Positions 12,655 through 26,800 of a DNA stretch of 64,000 nt are shown one piece after another; within the stretch, counting starts at the first letter, position 1; every line of letters starts with the position of its first letter. This stretch comes from Marsupella aquatica (Eukaryota > Plantae > Marchantiophyta). The stretch lies in the NCBI GenBank assembly GCA_973895155.1, contig OZ316898.1, positions 15,964,330-16,028,329 of the forward strand, given 5' to 3'. The notes below the pieces were generated by a model. It was not told where the DNA came from. It was given only the letters and a program-made list of their open reading frames with translations, and did not search any database. The position numbers and the translations under genes are program-made.

Positions 12655-15600
12655 ATACAATTTTGGACTCAGTTCTTGTCTATCGGAGGGCACTTGGCCG
12701 ACTCATTAAAACACGCCACCCGCGCTGATACGAGATCAAACGCGAATACGAGAGAGCCATCCGCCTAGCAGGACAACACCACTATCTCCTTAACTTTGAT
12801 TACCCATCCCAGAGCGAGCTTTATCGACCCAAAGAAGTAGCAGGGTACTTCTTCGATGGAGGCAAATACATTGGCTTTTGGGAGGCATTGCTTCGGCTTT
12901 CGGACGAGGTCTTCAATATCCTGGGCATGATCAATTTGCAACGGCACCACTTTGACCACATCCCCGCTCGGGTCCGGGCTATCATCAACAGCGAGTTCAA
13001 CACTGTCTGGTCGACAGGACCGTCTTCACTTGCTTTGGAAAACTTCCACTGGCACCTGTAGAACTTCATGCCAACTCTACCATCAACGACCAATACCGGC
13101 CAACCCATGCCCGTACCCGCACCTACACCTCCTCGGCCTCAGCCGATCCGGTCCTTGCCACCGGTTCCACCACCTCTCCGAGTACGATCCGTGGTGAATG
13201 CGGTAAATATTAGCTCCGAAGATGAGGAGGCTCACCCTCCTCTGTATCGACGGCCGCGGGGTACAACTCAATGAGCGCCGAACAACCGAGCACCACTCCA
13301 GCAAGCCCAAGGGGATAACATGGTAACTCTAGCGGCCCCGGCACCAATACTCACGGTAGTCGCGCTACCACCACTTGACCGAGAGGAAGGAGAGGTGTCG
13401 CCCTCTTCTAGTCACCCCGAGAATCAGTCTCGGGGTAGGAAGAGGAAGGAGCCCGCAATCGTATCTGGGTTGCCTTTGGCCATGGTTGCGGTAGCCAAGC
13501 TGACCATGCATCGTATGGGGGACAATGTTCACAAGAACATCCTCCACCCCAAGCATGCATGCCATCTGAAGACCCAAGGGTTTGAGTACCTCGCCTCTCT
13601 CCCTTGGAACTCAAGCAAGTACTACGGACAGGATATGTCAGAGTTCATTCAGAACTTTGACGAGGCCCGTCAACAAACCCGAGCGCACGGGAGAGTGATG
13701 TGTCTCAATGAGGCACGTCTAAAGATGATTTTCGGTTTACCCGAGGGGATAAACCGAGTATAGTCGCGGGCTCCTAGGGGCAAGGGAGCTAAACACCAGT
13801 CCTCTAGCTTCCCGACCAAGGGGGTAGTGGACAATAGGTTCTTAATGAGGACGTGCCTCATCTCGGAGGTAGCAGAACGCCTGGAGTTCCAATGGTATGC
13901 CCTCCACATGATGGAACCTAGAGGAGAAATATTGGCCGATTAGGTCATCCAGGTGGAGAACTATCGGCCTAGGAAGTGGGCGTCCTTCTTTGTCAAGAAG
14001 TCCACGAGGAGATGGAGCGGAGAAAGAAGACTTTGTACCTTGGCGGAAGGGCATACTTTGCTAGCCACATCAAAATCATCATCGAGTGGTACCCTCATTT
14101 CGACCGCCGGAGCCTCCCGCGTCTCAATGAGCCCGAGCTGACCCTGCCAAAATGGGTGTTCCCAGCCCAGGTGAGGCGACCGCAGCCCGAGGCCCAAAGT
14201 CTGGCTGCTACAAGCCCTGCTACCCCGGCCCCGCAACCCGCCGCTGCCGCCCCGCCAGGCATACCCATTGACGTTATCGCGACCTTAGACGCGATCAATC
14301 AGGACAATGCAATCAAAGCCGGGCCGGATGAAGCCTTACCCAAAGCAGATGCCATGGTAGCCGAGGAGATTCTGCCACCCCCCGCGGTTGTGCAGGAGAA
14401 CCGCCCACCTCCAGTGGAACCAGCACCTTTGACCGACTTACCTCAAGGGCTGGATGTGTCCACTCCTACTCCCGCATGGGTTGGAGTCTGCCTGTGCCCG
14501 AATCCAGATGGACACAGTCTAGACCATCCGGAACTCTTTGCGCCGGGCACATTTCTGAATGGGTTGTTGGGAGATTTCTCGCAACAGATCTCTTGGGACA
14601 CCAGGGAATACATGGCCCGGAGGGTGGCCTACTTCTTCAACCAGGAGTTGGTTGCGGCTGTAAGGGCAGGACATGCGCAGGCAGAAACAGCGCAGAGAAT
14701 AGAGTGATATCGGGTTGAGTCTGCCTACCTAAAGGACAAAGTGGCAACCCTGGAGGCTGAACTCTAGCAACTACGGCCTCAGGTAACGGCCACGGAGGAC
14801 CAGGTTGCCAAGGCTAGGGCCCGAGCAGCTTTAGAAGAACAGGCCGGGCTCAGAAAGGACGCCGAGATTGCACGGCTTCGGGCCAAGATTGACGGTTTGA
14901 AGGGACAAACCGTCAGTTGGCAAAAGGATCTGGAGGAAGCTGACTCTAGATCTCAACGGGACACAACCGAGATTGATACCCTGAAGATAGAGGTGGCGCG
15001 GCTTCAAGAAGAAGCCACGAAACAGGCCCAGTTGGTGGATAAGCTGACGAGCGACACCCAGCAACTGGAGGAGGCATGCCAAGAGGCCGCGGAAGAGGCG
15101 AACGCGGCGAAGCAGGAGAACGAATCTCTGCTGGACCAGGTCCAGCTACTCAAGCAGGACACCGACAGACTCAGAAGGCAGCGGGATAGCCGCTTCCACT
15201 CGGGCAGCTCTGGCAAGCGTGCCAGGCATTAGCGGCGGAGTAGGATTAAAATAGAGTTAGGAGTAGCTAAATTAGGCTATAGGGACAAGCACCTGCCCTA
15301 GTTAAAGCAGCACTGCCATGCTGTACAACCTTCGTAGATTAGGATCTTCTAATAAGACAAGCTGTTTTTTGGCCTGACAGCCAGCTTAGTTAGGACCTTA
15401 GTTAGCGAATCTTTGGGCGCAAGGGCACTTTGTTCCTCGGCCCTTAGTATTTAGTGCACCCCTCGGTAGAGGCAAGGGGGGTTTTAGTCTCAGTGTTGGA
15501 CATCCGCGGTATGTGCAAGGAGTCCCGACCTCTGGGAGTGAAAGAGTACCAAGGGGGGGGTGTAGGACTAAGCTTGTTGGGCGAGTGCGGAGCCAGGCTC

Positions 15601-16429
15601 CGTTGTAGTGTACACCCTCATCCTTGGACCTGTTCATTCCAGAGCTTTCGGGTCAACTAAGTGTACACACATGTCTCCTATATAGTAAAATCCTTTCCCA
15701 TTATTTCCTTCGTGTAAATCGAGATTGTATGCTTGTGCGTATGTATATGTGTGAATCTCGTGTATAGGTGCCAATGCTTGGCCGAACGCACTACCCAAGT
15801 CGTGCACGGGGTGCAGCTTGCGGGTAAGTGGTTGCGAGCCCGGGTTGAGTACCCGTACCATCGAATCCGGATCAAAGGCGGACAACACGAAGGCTTAGAA
15901 GCCCGTAAGCCGGGGTTGATCCTGCTATCGACTGAGGTACGTTCCGGTGGCAGAACACAACCCATACCTAAGAGGTGTCCGTATATGACAATAAGTGCAC
16001 TTAGCGCTAGTTTACGTGAGTTAGGTGCATTCCGTGCCTCCCTCCCTACCCGAACCCTCATTTTGACGAAGGATGTGCCTATCTAAGCCGAAGCCCAGGT
16101 TAAGGCCTTGGCTAACGATGTGACAATTATTTACACATTTTGCTCTAAATCTGCCTTTTGAGGTTAGGGAAGTGCCCCGTTTTTTTATAAAAATTGATTT
16201 TGAACACTCTTTTAAGTGGTTGGAGAGACTTGGCACTCCACTTTTCATGGAATTTTTGAATGTTTTTTATTGGTGTTGCTCACAACAGTACGGAGGATGA
16301 CAATTCCTTGAATGTTTTTCCTGATGTGAGTAAAAACATTGTTGATAACAGTAAAACTTTCCTGATATGAGGAGAGTTTTTGCTCGTATCAGTAAAAAAA
16401 TCTTCTGTTTCCTGGCACGGTGTAAAGCC

Positions 16430-17161
16430 TCCAAGAAGTCCTCCAACAAACTTCTCGTTGGGAAGATATCACCGTTTCCGTTTGGCGGTTTCCCTTAGTG
16501 TCACGACCGCCGCGGCCCACGACTTCGGCTTGCCCTTAGCCCCCAGAGAGACACCACTCCCCTCATATATGCTCTGGAGACCTGCCACCCCTAGACCAGC
16601 TTTGGTCCCTAAACTTTTGGCCCCCAACCCAGACCCTATCTCGCATACCGGGCGCGCCACTAACTGGCAATGCCCATAACTTTCTCATTAGGTGTTCGCA
16701 AGTGCTCATGCCTTAGTCCTTGTGATCGGGCCGAACCAGTGCTCATGCCTAGGCCCTCAGGTCTCATCGCCGCTCGGGGTCCCCAATCGGCTAAACTTAG
16801 ATCGGGCCATAACTCACACCCCAAGCGTCCGTTGCCCATGGGGTCAACTCCATTGGCCTTGGACACAAGAGGAGCTCACACTCAAGCCCTCAAAACTCAA
16901 AGTCCGTCTAGGGGTCCAGACGGTCGACCTTGAGCCCGGCCCCTTTTCCCCTTGACCCGACCAGCTCTCAACTTGTCTAAGTCCTTAGTGTGTGTCACCA
17001 GTTTGGCGCCTTGCCTTCGCTAGTGCCATGTCTCATTGTCCATAAGTCTCCCCATGCTAAGTCCTCCCCGGATGACCTATCCAGTCCTGGACCATAAGGG
17101 AGCTCGGCGTTAGAGTCAACGATGCCGAAGCTAAGTGTTAAGGTAGTCAAGTTCCACGACT
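16430..17161. repeat. Family C dispersed repeat (LTR-like), copy 1
   Basis: Collinear same-strand homology to 49310-50039; homology ends at ...GTTCCRCGACT in both copies. Confidence 0.7.
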
Positions 17162-18131
17162 GTTTTCCTCAGAGAACCTACTCGAGTGGCTACTCAACAT
17201 AAGCGCGAACGGCAAACGGAATTGGCAAAAACAATGGCAAGGTGCAAAGTAGCAAATGAGCTGACAAGCCATCAAAGGGGTTCTTATGGTTGCTCACAAG
17301 GGAAGTTAGACTAACATCGTTTCATAGTTGCAACTGCCATCTTCTGGCCGAGGTGACTGCCTTTGTCCAAGTGTGATTGCCATCATAAATTTTCACTTTG
17401 CTGCCGTCAAGGTATTGTGAATGGACATAATAGTGCGCATCCTAATTAATACTCATTATGTTGACTATCATATTAATCATAACGGCTAATCACTATGCAC
17501 ACTGTTCAGAACTGCACGTATACAATCCTAATGATTGTATATGTCAGATACTAGTTGGTCAAGTGTAAGTGATACATTGCCCATGTCACACCAAACACAA
17601 TCCAAGGAAGTGGGAAACCAAGAAGGGATATGCACAGCTTATTTGCTTCCATGGCCACCATCACAACAACAACTTTGACCTTCCTTTCGAGTCCAAGTAT
17701 GACCGACCAGCAGAAATTGCCAAATTCTTCTTTGACTGAGACAAGCGAGATATTTGTTCAAGAGTTGAAACACGTACCTTCATGTAGATTTTAGAGATTT
17801 TGTCTCTATTTTGAAGTTTAGAGGAAGATTGATTGATCTCTTTGAGCATGTCACATCAACATGAGCTCAGGTGACTCTAACAAGGATCCATGGCGGTCAT
17901 ACCATCTCCGAAGTGACCCGCGCCCGTTAGAGACTATCCCTCTCAAATCATCTAGATCATTTAGAAGGAGACACACCCAGAATCCTTCTTTTGGATCTAT
18001 CAAGGCAGGAAGCTAACATTAGGTGATTCCAACACCTATGTCATATTAGGTTCCTCAATCGTCTAAGTATTCAACCACAATCAGGCCTATACACACCTCT
18101 TTCAGCTCCAACCAGCACATTCCCAGCTTCA

Positions 18132-18357
18132 TTGTCAACATCAACAATTCCACCAGTGTACGGGATGGAGGCTAGCAGCTCATCCAACAAAATCGGGAAG
18201 TTTAGTGGTTGGCCTGGTACCATTTCTCTATGGGAATTCAAAGCAGCATTTTACACAACTGTGTATGAGTTGGAGCTCAAGTACTTGAGCCACTACACTG
18301 CTGTCTTTGCATTCAAACAATTGGCAAGGTATGTACACCGTGAGGCATTGGACGTGT
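18132..18357 (+). pseudogene. Ty3/Gypsy gag-like remnant
   Basis: IGKFSGWPGTISLWEFKAAF...AFKQLARYVHREALDV resembles a retrotransposon gag capsid N-terminus; cut by the Copia LTR. Confidence 0.5.
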
Positions 18358-21300
18358 TGTTGAGTATAGACGATAATCGCAATGGTAAGCACATGACATA
18401 TCCAACATGCAAATAGTCGACACAAGAGATACGTGGTTCACCTCCTTGAGGCTACGTCCACGGGAACACACAAGAGAGCTTTACTGAACTCTAAGCCCAT
18501 CGGCTATACCAAGTCTCCACAGTGTAAGCTCTCCCTATCTCTCAAGTGGCTCCATAACAATGAGCCTTGGTTCTACCTCTCCAAGCACATGTGCCTCTTA
18601 TGATATAGTGTGCAACTTAGTTAACCTAACCACATTGTTGTACCTAATCACATAGTTGTACCTAACCACATTGTTGTACCTAATCACGTAGTTGTACCTA
18701 ACCACGTAGTTGTACCAAACCATGTTGTTGTACCAACCCACGTTGTTGTACCAACCACGTCATACCTAACCTAGACATAAGAGTAAATACCCAACAATCT
18801 TCCCCTTGACTCTGGTCTAGGGGAGAGTAATACTGCCAATGTATATGATCCCTCAGTGGGAAGTTCTGGACAAAAACCAAACCGGTTTCCCTCTCTAACT
18901 AGAGCAAACCAGAACTAAGCCGTAGCCTTATACATAGGAATGAGGAAGAGCATATATCAGTAATTACAATGAATGTTAAGAAAACTCTACTTGTGATGCA
19001 ATTGCAAAACCTGCAATACGTCACAGTGTCTAGAGAAACTCTCCAAAGGAATCACTTTGGTAAATGCGTCAACCGGTTTGAGTTTACCATCAATCTTGAC
19101 TAGCTCAAACAAATTATCAGACACACCCTGCCTGATAAAATGGTATCTGACGTCAATGTGCTTCACTCTGCTGTCCATCACCTGGTTCACAGCAAGGTGG
19201 AGCGCACTTTGACTATCACAATGGAGCTTCACATTCCCCTGTGGCAATCCCATTTCAGTGATAAGTCTATCCAACCAAATCGCTTCCTTTGCTGCTTCCG
19301 CAGCTGCAACATACTCCGCTTCTGTAGTAGACTGAGCAATACACTTCTGCAAAGTAGACCTCCAACTTATGCATCCACCGCCAAGTGTGAACACGTATTC
19401 TGTTGTTGATCTCCTTCGGTCCAAATCTTGTCCATAGTCAGAATCTACATAGCCAATCAATGATCTAGCATTCTTTGCATTCGCATCAAATAAAAGACCA
19501 TGATCCACTGTACCCTTCAAGTACCTGATAATCCACTTCACTGCTTCCCAATGTACCTTCCTTGGATTTGACATATACCTACTCACCTTGCCCATAGCCA
19601 TGGCAAGATCAGGTCTAGTGTAAGTCATCAAATACATGAGACTTCCCACTGCCTTATCATAAGGAACCTTTGATATCAGCCCCTTCTCTATCGCATCTGT
19701 GGGACAGAAAGCTGATGATAATTTGAAGTGTGCAGCCAAAGGGGTACTTACTGGCTTGCTATCCCCCATGTTGAACCTAGCAATTACCTTCCTCGCATAA
19801 CTGCTCTGTGTCAACCATAGCTTACTAGCCTCCAAGTCCCTAGTGATCTCCATACCCAAAATCCTCTTAGCTGGCCCTAGGTCCTTCATCTTAAACTCTG
19901 CACTGAGCAGTGCCTTAAGCTTAACAATCTCAGACCTATCCTTGGCCGCAATAAGCATGTCATTCACATAAAGTACTAAAACAATGAACCCAAAGACAAC
20001 ATTCTTCACCGGTTTCAAATACACACAAGAGCCAAATACACTTATGTGAAAACCTTGTGACCGAATCAAATCGTCAAACCGCTTGTTCCACTGTCTTGGT
20101 GACTGCTTCAACCCATACAAGGATTTCAGCAATCTGCAAACCAATTCCTCCTGTCCTCTCTTCACAAAACCTAGCGGTTGTCTCATGAAGATTACCTCTT
20201 CCAATGTGCCATAGAGGAAAGCTGTGACAACATTCATCTGATCTAGCAGCAGACCAAACATTACAACAAGTACACACAATAGTCGTATTGTAGAGTACTT
20301 AGCAACTGGTGAGAAGACCTCATTGTAATCCACACCTTTCTCTTGTGTGAATCCCTTTTCTACCAACCTAGCCTTGTAGACCTTTGATCCACCTCTTGTG
20401 GAATTATCCTTCAGCTTGTAAATCCACTTGCTGTCCACCACTTGCTGACCCTTAGGCAGCTTAACAAGCTCCCAAGTTTTATTGTCCTTTAGTGACTACA
20501 TCTCCGTTTGCATTGCTGCAGTCCACTTCTGCTTCTCCTTTGAAGCACTGGCCTCATGAAATGAAGAAGGTTCCCCTTCTTCCAAAATTAACGCATCACC
20601 CTCATCATCAGCTGCAAAATCATCCTCTTGCAGTTGAGATGAATCAACCCATTGTCCATACCTAGGAGGAGCGCGTACAGTACGACCAGATGTTCTTCTA
20701 GCCGATGACTCCGGTTGAATTGCGTCTACTGGTACAATTTGAAGCTCAACAGCATCCATTTGCTGCTCACCAGCATCAATAAACTCCTTTTGTTCCTCTA
20801 GCACAGGAACCAGCTCCATGCTTGGAGCACCTCCTTCTCTCTGATCATGCACTTCATGATCAATCTCCCCCTCAACGAGATCCGGGATAGGAGATTTTCC
20901 TTTGTCAGTACGGGAGACCTGAGTATTCTCCCCCTCCTTCAATAATCTGGATTCATTGAAAGAAACATCCCTACTAACAACGAGCTTACAGGCAATAGGA
21001 TCCCATAACCTGTAGGCCTTCACACCACTCTGATACCCAAGAAAAATACATTTCTTGGATGTAGGATCCAACTTGGTCCTATTCTGCTTTGGTGTGAGAG
21101 CACATGCATCACTTCCAAAAACTACCAAACCATGATAGTCTGCTTGCCGCTTATAACGCATTTCAACGGCGTTTTGAAATTGATTGCACTAGAAGGAGAA
21201 AGATTTACCAAATAAGCTACAGTATTGACAGCTTCTGCCCAAAATTCCTGTGGTAAACCTGATTGGCTCAACATACTCCATGACCGCTCCAATAGTGTTT

Positions 21301-21835
21301 GATTGAGCCTCTCAGCTACACCATTCTGCTGTGGAGTATAAGACTGTGGTGAGATGACGAGTTATCCCCTGTTCTGCACAGTACTCTTCAAATTCTATTG
21401 AAGTGTACTCCCCGCCGTTGTCTGACCTTAGACTCTTCACCCTTGTATCCAAACACTTAACCGTGTTTCCTGTCTGATTCTCTACTTGGGCCTTCCACTT
21501 TGTAAAAATGGACAAGACATCAGACTTATGCGTCATGAAATAAATCCATACAAATCTTGAGTAATCGTCAATAAAGGATACATAGTACAATTTTCCAGAA
21601 TGTGAGGGAGTCGGGGATGGTCCTCACACGTCACTATGTATGTACTCAAGAACCGCTTTGGAATGATGAGTTCCAACACCGAAAGCACGACGATGCTGCT
21701 TTCCAAAAATGCAATGCTCACAGAAATCCAATTTTCAAGACTGCAAATCAGAAATGAGCCCATTCTTCTGCAAGATAGTCAAACCCTTCTCACTCATGTG
21801 GCCTAGCCGTGAATGCCACAGTTGAGTCATTTCCT
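18358..21835 (-). mobile_element. Ty1/Copia (Tork/Tnt1-like), 5'-truncated and decayed
   Basis: LWHSRLGHMSEKG (~21800), integrase FIDDYSR / LRSDNGGEY, RT-RNase H ORF 18987-20441 (YKARLV, LYGLKQSPRQW, YVND, KHIDVRYHF), PPT 18797-18812, and 3' LTR 18358-18796 containing an 18-bp tandem repeat. Confidence 0.92.
18987..20441 (-). pseudogene. Copia reverse transcriptase and RNase H
   Basis: Canonical Copia RT/RH motifs; catalytic YVDD is mutated to YVND; upstream stop at ~20496. Confidence 0.88.
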
Positions 21836-23842
21836 CGAGAAGCTTGAGCTTGCCCATGCTCATTACCAGGCCAGTCACTCACATTGTGGACGACAAACCA
21901 GGCCTTTGGTTCCTGCCCGACATCTGGTAGGTCAATAGTGCAACCCCAACGAGTTAAGCATGCCCATTCTACACCTATGCTTGTCCCTTCTTGCAAGTGA
22001 ATTCTCAGATTCATTTTGCCCCTCATACCTTGCATACCAGCAAGCTAGTGTGGCCACCCGTGCAACTACCAATCGGAGGGTAATCCAAACTAATGGCCTA
22101 AAGAGTCCTCAAAGATGAATATAGACAATGAATTCATAAACTATCAAACCATGGACCTAGAGAGTCCTCAAAGATGTTCCAAACCTCCTCTATCAATTGC
22201 TAAGATCAAATCTACCCAAGTTGCTAAGGGGGCAGGCTAAACAATGCATACAATTTTTCACCAAGATATGAGATGCCATTCTTACACTCTCATAAACTTG
22301 ATCAAGTATCTGACTAGGATTAGACTAACTACTGAGTAACTCTAGATCCAAGAGTAAACACCTGAGAAGAGTCAGCTTGGTGTTGTCAATTCAATCGGAT
22401 CCAGGATTTCATCTAAATGGAAACATAGTGATCATGGCAGTGAGGGTCTTGTCAATTTTGGAACTCACTTTGCATTGCATTTGCTTCCTTTGACTCTGCA
22501 TAGTACCCTCAGCGGGCTTGGCAGGAGTCAAAACTGTTGAGGTCTGGCTGTCAGATTCGCATTGCAACTAAGTCCCCCACCACATCGTCAACATTTGTTA
22601 GCAAACTTTGCCATGTTGACAAATGAAATGTTCAGGGTTGTCACTAGAAAGGTCAATAACGCTCACTTCATGCCCTGAATTCCCTAACAAGAGAAAATGA
22701 ATGCCATCAGGTTCACCAAATGCATATGTGAACTGAGACAGCTGTTCACTGCTGAGCCCAAAACCGTGTTGAAAAGGAGGCTCAATTGGTCGGAACAAGG
22801 TTCAGTATCGGGAACAAGGTTCAGTATCGTCTTCCCAATGTAAGTAGTTGTGACAAGCTGGGCAGTGTCGTGGGCAGTCCCGTCTTCCACTTTCTGCCAC
22901 ACTTTTGTAAATGAAAATGATGCTGGGGAGTTCAAGGTGCATTGGAATGAAGATCAAAAATTAGATGAGGACAAAACAGCACTAAATTATGAAAGGGTGG
23001 GGGGAGGGATTTGAGAATTTTACAAACCTCCGCTCCTCCAGGCAGGAGTAGCCATGCCTGGGTTTATTTCCTGTTTGGGAACTTCCGGGTCACTTGTTTG
23101 CCTTTTAAGTACTCCAGTGTACATCTCCAACGGAAAAAAACAGGTTCTTGACTTGTGTGTGTCAGGCCGCATAATAATCAATAGCCAAGTGGAAGTTCAC
23201 CAAGTTGAAGTGACAATCTACCACTGATATCCCTCTTCACTTGTGTCACGAATCAACCCTCGCATATGCATGCATGCGGAACATTGGTGCACTTGTGAGG
23301 CCATGGCGTCGGTCCTCTCCAGGTTTCAGAAATTTTCCTCACCACTGGTACTGGTGTAAAACCACACTGATAAATTCAGGGACCAACATCAATCGTCTGA
23401 ACGAGGTGGACTCGTGATTATGCATGATAAGGGCTCCATGGACAAAAACTGCCAGGAGAATGAATTACATACAAGAGAATCTAATGCAGCTATTTAATCT
23501 GTTACAGGTATATAGGCTGTTCCTTAAGTTCCCAATTTGTAATCTTGACAAATATCTATCTACTAGCACTGTCATGGCAATCCCACCCAACTTAGGGCAG
23601 AGTAGGTATAGGTGCAGGAAGACAGACCTCAGCACTATGTGCTACTATTCAAAGAAATATAACTCTTGCTTCTTTCCAATACGGTGGGACCCAGAAGCTC
23701 TGCAGGCCGTCAAACATACGTGCTCAGCAGTGCTCTGTCGTCCTCACACGGTCAAAAGAATTGAGGTTATCGCCAGAGCAATTTCCACTTTCTCAGTTCT
23801 TCTCATTCAGAGAAGGGCAAATACACCATTGTCCAGTCCAAT

Positions 23843-26800
23843 CTAACAAGTGAGGGTGGAACACACTAGATCATCATCCACATTCAAAAAGCCTAGGTCA
23901 CGAAGTCTATTCTTTATGTGCCAATCCTCCGATGATCTCAATCCGGAGAATACGTAGACTTGCCTGTTTGCCAAATCTCCACTATTCTCCGGACTTGGGG
24001 GCTCAGATAGCTGTTCCCCATCAATAAACACCACTTGGTCCAGCTTATGCACCTGCACTTGACCCCCCTCCTGACATGAGTTGACGAACTTCTCCCTTGC
24101 CCATTCCCACTTGGTAGCTCCAGATACATTCGCAGATGCTTTCAAGAGATCTTCCTTCAAAGAGCCCCATAACTGAATTGTTTTCTCATTACTTCTAATG
24201 AAAAATAAATTCAACTCAGTGCTCTCGACTCCAATAACATCCACTCCATTTGTGTCAATAAGTGAAACAGGATTTCCAGCCCAAATAGTGTCAGCTCTGG
24301 TAAACCATAGAGTATATCCCAACGCAAGCAGATCTGAAACAGCACTAACCTCCTTCTCAATATAATCTTTCATGTTCAACTTGTTCTCAATCCTTACAGT
24401 AGCATGTCCTCTTCTTGAGAGATCTTCCAGCAATACATGGTCCTCACCAACAAGGACGTAGTTCTCAATAGCCAGCTTTTTTATGTTACACAACCAGTTT
24501 CTCACCAAGACTGCAGGCACACCCACGGTGCTAACCACTAAGATCTGCTTGTTTTGCTGTGTACTATCCAGAACCCACCTTACATCAGAAGAATAGTTTG
24601 CAAACCTTCCAACTCGGACCTCCTTGAAACAATAGTCGTATCTCTTGATGTGCCAATTCGCTGCCATATGCCAAAGGTCAATGTCATATGTTCCATTATT
24701 CCATATTAACACTGAGTCACAGCCTGCATATTTCTTAAGCGTTCCGCCCCTGTGTGTGACGCTCAACACACGATCTCGTAGGAAGTTGGTATACAGGTTG
24801 AAATACCCTCGGCTATATGCAAACTTGACAAACCATGGCGTGAAAATTTTCTCCCCGTGCTCGTAATACCAATCTGTGGTTTCGATTCCATCCACTAATG
24901 GCTTCACATTATGACTTTTCTTAGAGTCATACCATTCTCGAAACTCCTTCCAAGGCTTTGGAAAGAAAATTTGTCCCCAAACGCCAATCATTTGAAACTT
25001 AAACAACCGTGTCCTGTCATCCACCTTAAGAGGTAGACCGTTCTTTCCTGCAGAATTGACACGGCAAACAGTCTAAGATGAGTTGGCGGCCAGTAGTTCA
25101 CTAAACAGCTGAAATCATCGCATGAAACCACGAAAGTTCACTGAAACCAGTGGTTGTCATCTAGCTGCTATCCTTAGATTAAAAGGGAAAACCATCCATT
25201 ATTTCACATTGTCAACGTCTATGCCGAACATTGCATAGAAGAGACCCCGAAAGCCTTACGAATGGCAGTTCACAAGGCCTGAAAATCTGAGCATTTTCAG
25301 ATGGACGAACTGCATCTGCAATTAACAAGCAAGAAATGCAATGAAGTAGATTGGGTGACTCGATCGTGGACATTTAGAGGACATTTAGAACTTGTCAGAG
25401 AAATCGAAGGCCGTTCGTTGTCGGCTCCCGTGTGACAGACTCAACTCTTAATGCAATCAATCTGTTTTATTGTTCTGCCCTTTCCAGCAGTGAAACCCCA
25501 GAACTTTTCCAGCAGTAATAGGTGGGAAGGAAGGAAGTTTCAGGATGAGCGAACCTAGAAAACAGACTTAGAACAATGGATTGGCTCCATCCAAATAGAC
25601 ATTTACTGGTCTTTTCTGTAAGTCACGACTTAAGGAGGAAGAACTTCCATTAAGAAAATGCGAGGGGGGCACTCAGATCTAGCCTCGTCATGCCGACTAC
25701 ATGGAAATGGTCCAGACGGAAAGAAAAAACCCAAAACACACGGAAATCAGCATTCAATCAAGAAAATAGAGTGGGAGTTAGTGATTCTGAAATGTAAAGG
25801 ATGAAGAATCTGGTCGAGGTTCACCATGAAGACTGAGTGTAGAAGAAGGAAAAAACTTATCATTATGCAAAGAACGTGCATTTTCTAAGAGCTGACGGAC
25901 GCGGACAAAGCTGAACACAAGCTCGACCGTCCGCAGGACATGTGGCCTTACCAGGCACAATCTGTGGTCGCTGAAGAGAAATGCCATACAGTAGACGATC
26001 ATAATGGCTGGGTTGATAATAATATGTAGCAATAAGTGCACGTGCATAACGATAGTAAAGAGGAGAAACCTCAACATCATCCTCGACAAATAGTGCGAAC
26101 TCATCATCAGAGGAAGGCCACCAGGCGTCCAGCCACTGACTCTGGAAACCTGCTGTGCTACTCCTGTAATGTATGACCTTCTTTCCGTGCTTCCACTGGA
26201 AATATTCCACATAATTCAGAACCTTCCGGGCATTACTAAGCCTCTCTTCAACCTGCCGCCAATCACTCAGTTTCACGGGATCCACCCCTGTTGAAACTCG
26301 ATCTGGTAGCCGAGCTGGCTTGGGATTATCCGAACTATTATCCCCTCCAAGGTTTCTGGTGGTACTAGCACTGCCTGATTTCAGTTTGTTTTTCCCTCTC
26401 ATTTTCTTGATCCGTCCCGCTTTGGAGTTCAAAGGAGCAGCCTTTTCCGTCTCTTCCTTGTCTTCCACAACAGCCACTTCGAAAGGTTTCACTTCTGCCG
26501 TCTCTGTTCCTTCCTCAGCTAATAAAAGTCGCCTCCTGCCTGACTTGCTGATCTCGAAGTGATCAATGTAGATATGAATATCTACCGAATCTCCGGCGTA
26601 CTCGGCTTTCGAAAGGGAGGTGAGGCATCGAGTAATAGATGAGTAATCGTTCAGAGAAAGCACTTTGATCACAAACTGGAATTTCGAGCTCACCACATTG
26701 CTGTGCACACTTTCAACAAGAGGAATGTAGTCCTCATTTTTTATGTCTTTCCAATTTTTCTTCTTCGGTGGAGGAGGGGAAGCTGCGGACGTGACGTTGG

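Larger units (their letters stand above)
10160..16125 (+). mobile_element. Family B ORF-bearing TG...CA element, copy 1 (complete, TSD ATTAT)
   Basis: ATTAT|TGTGATG...GATGTGACA|ATTAT. About 3.9 kb once the nested solo LTR is removed. One decayed ORF from ATG 10547 to stop 15232. Confidence 0.88.

Noticed and set aside
21840-23800. Short ORFs between the Copia and the host gene
   Set aside because: No recognisable motifs; probably decayed repeat and 3' flank. Only a 20-bp tandem duplication near 22790-22830 was seen.
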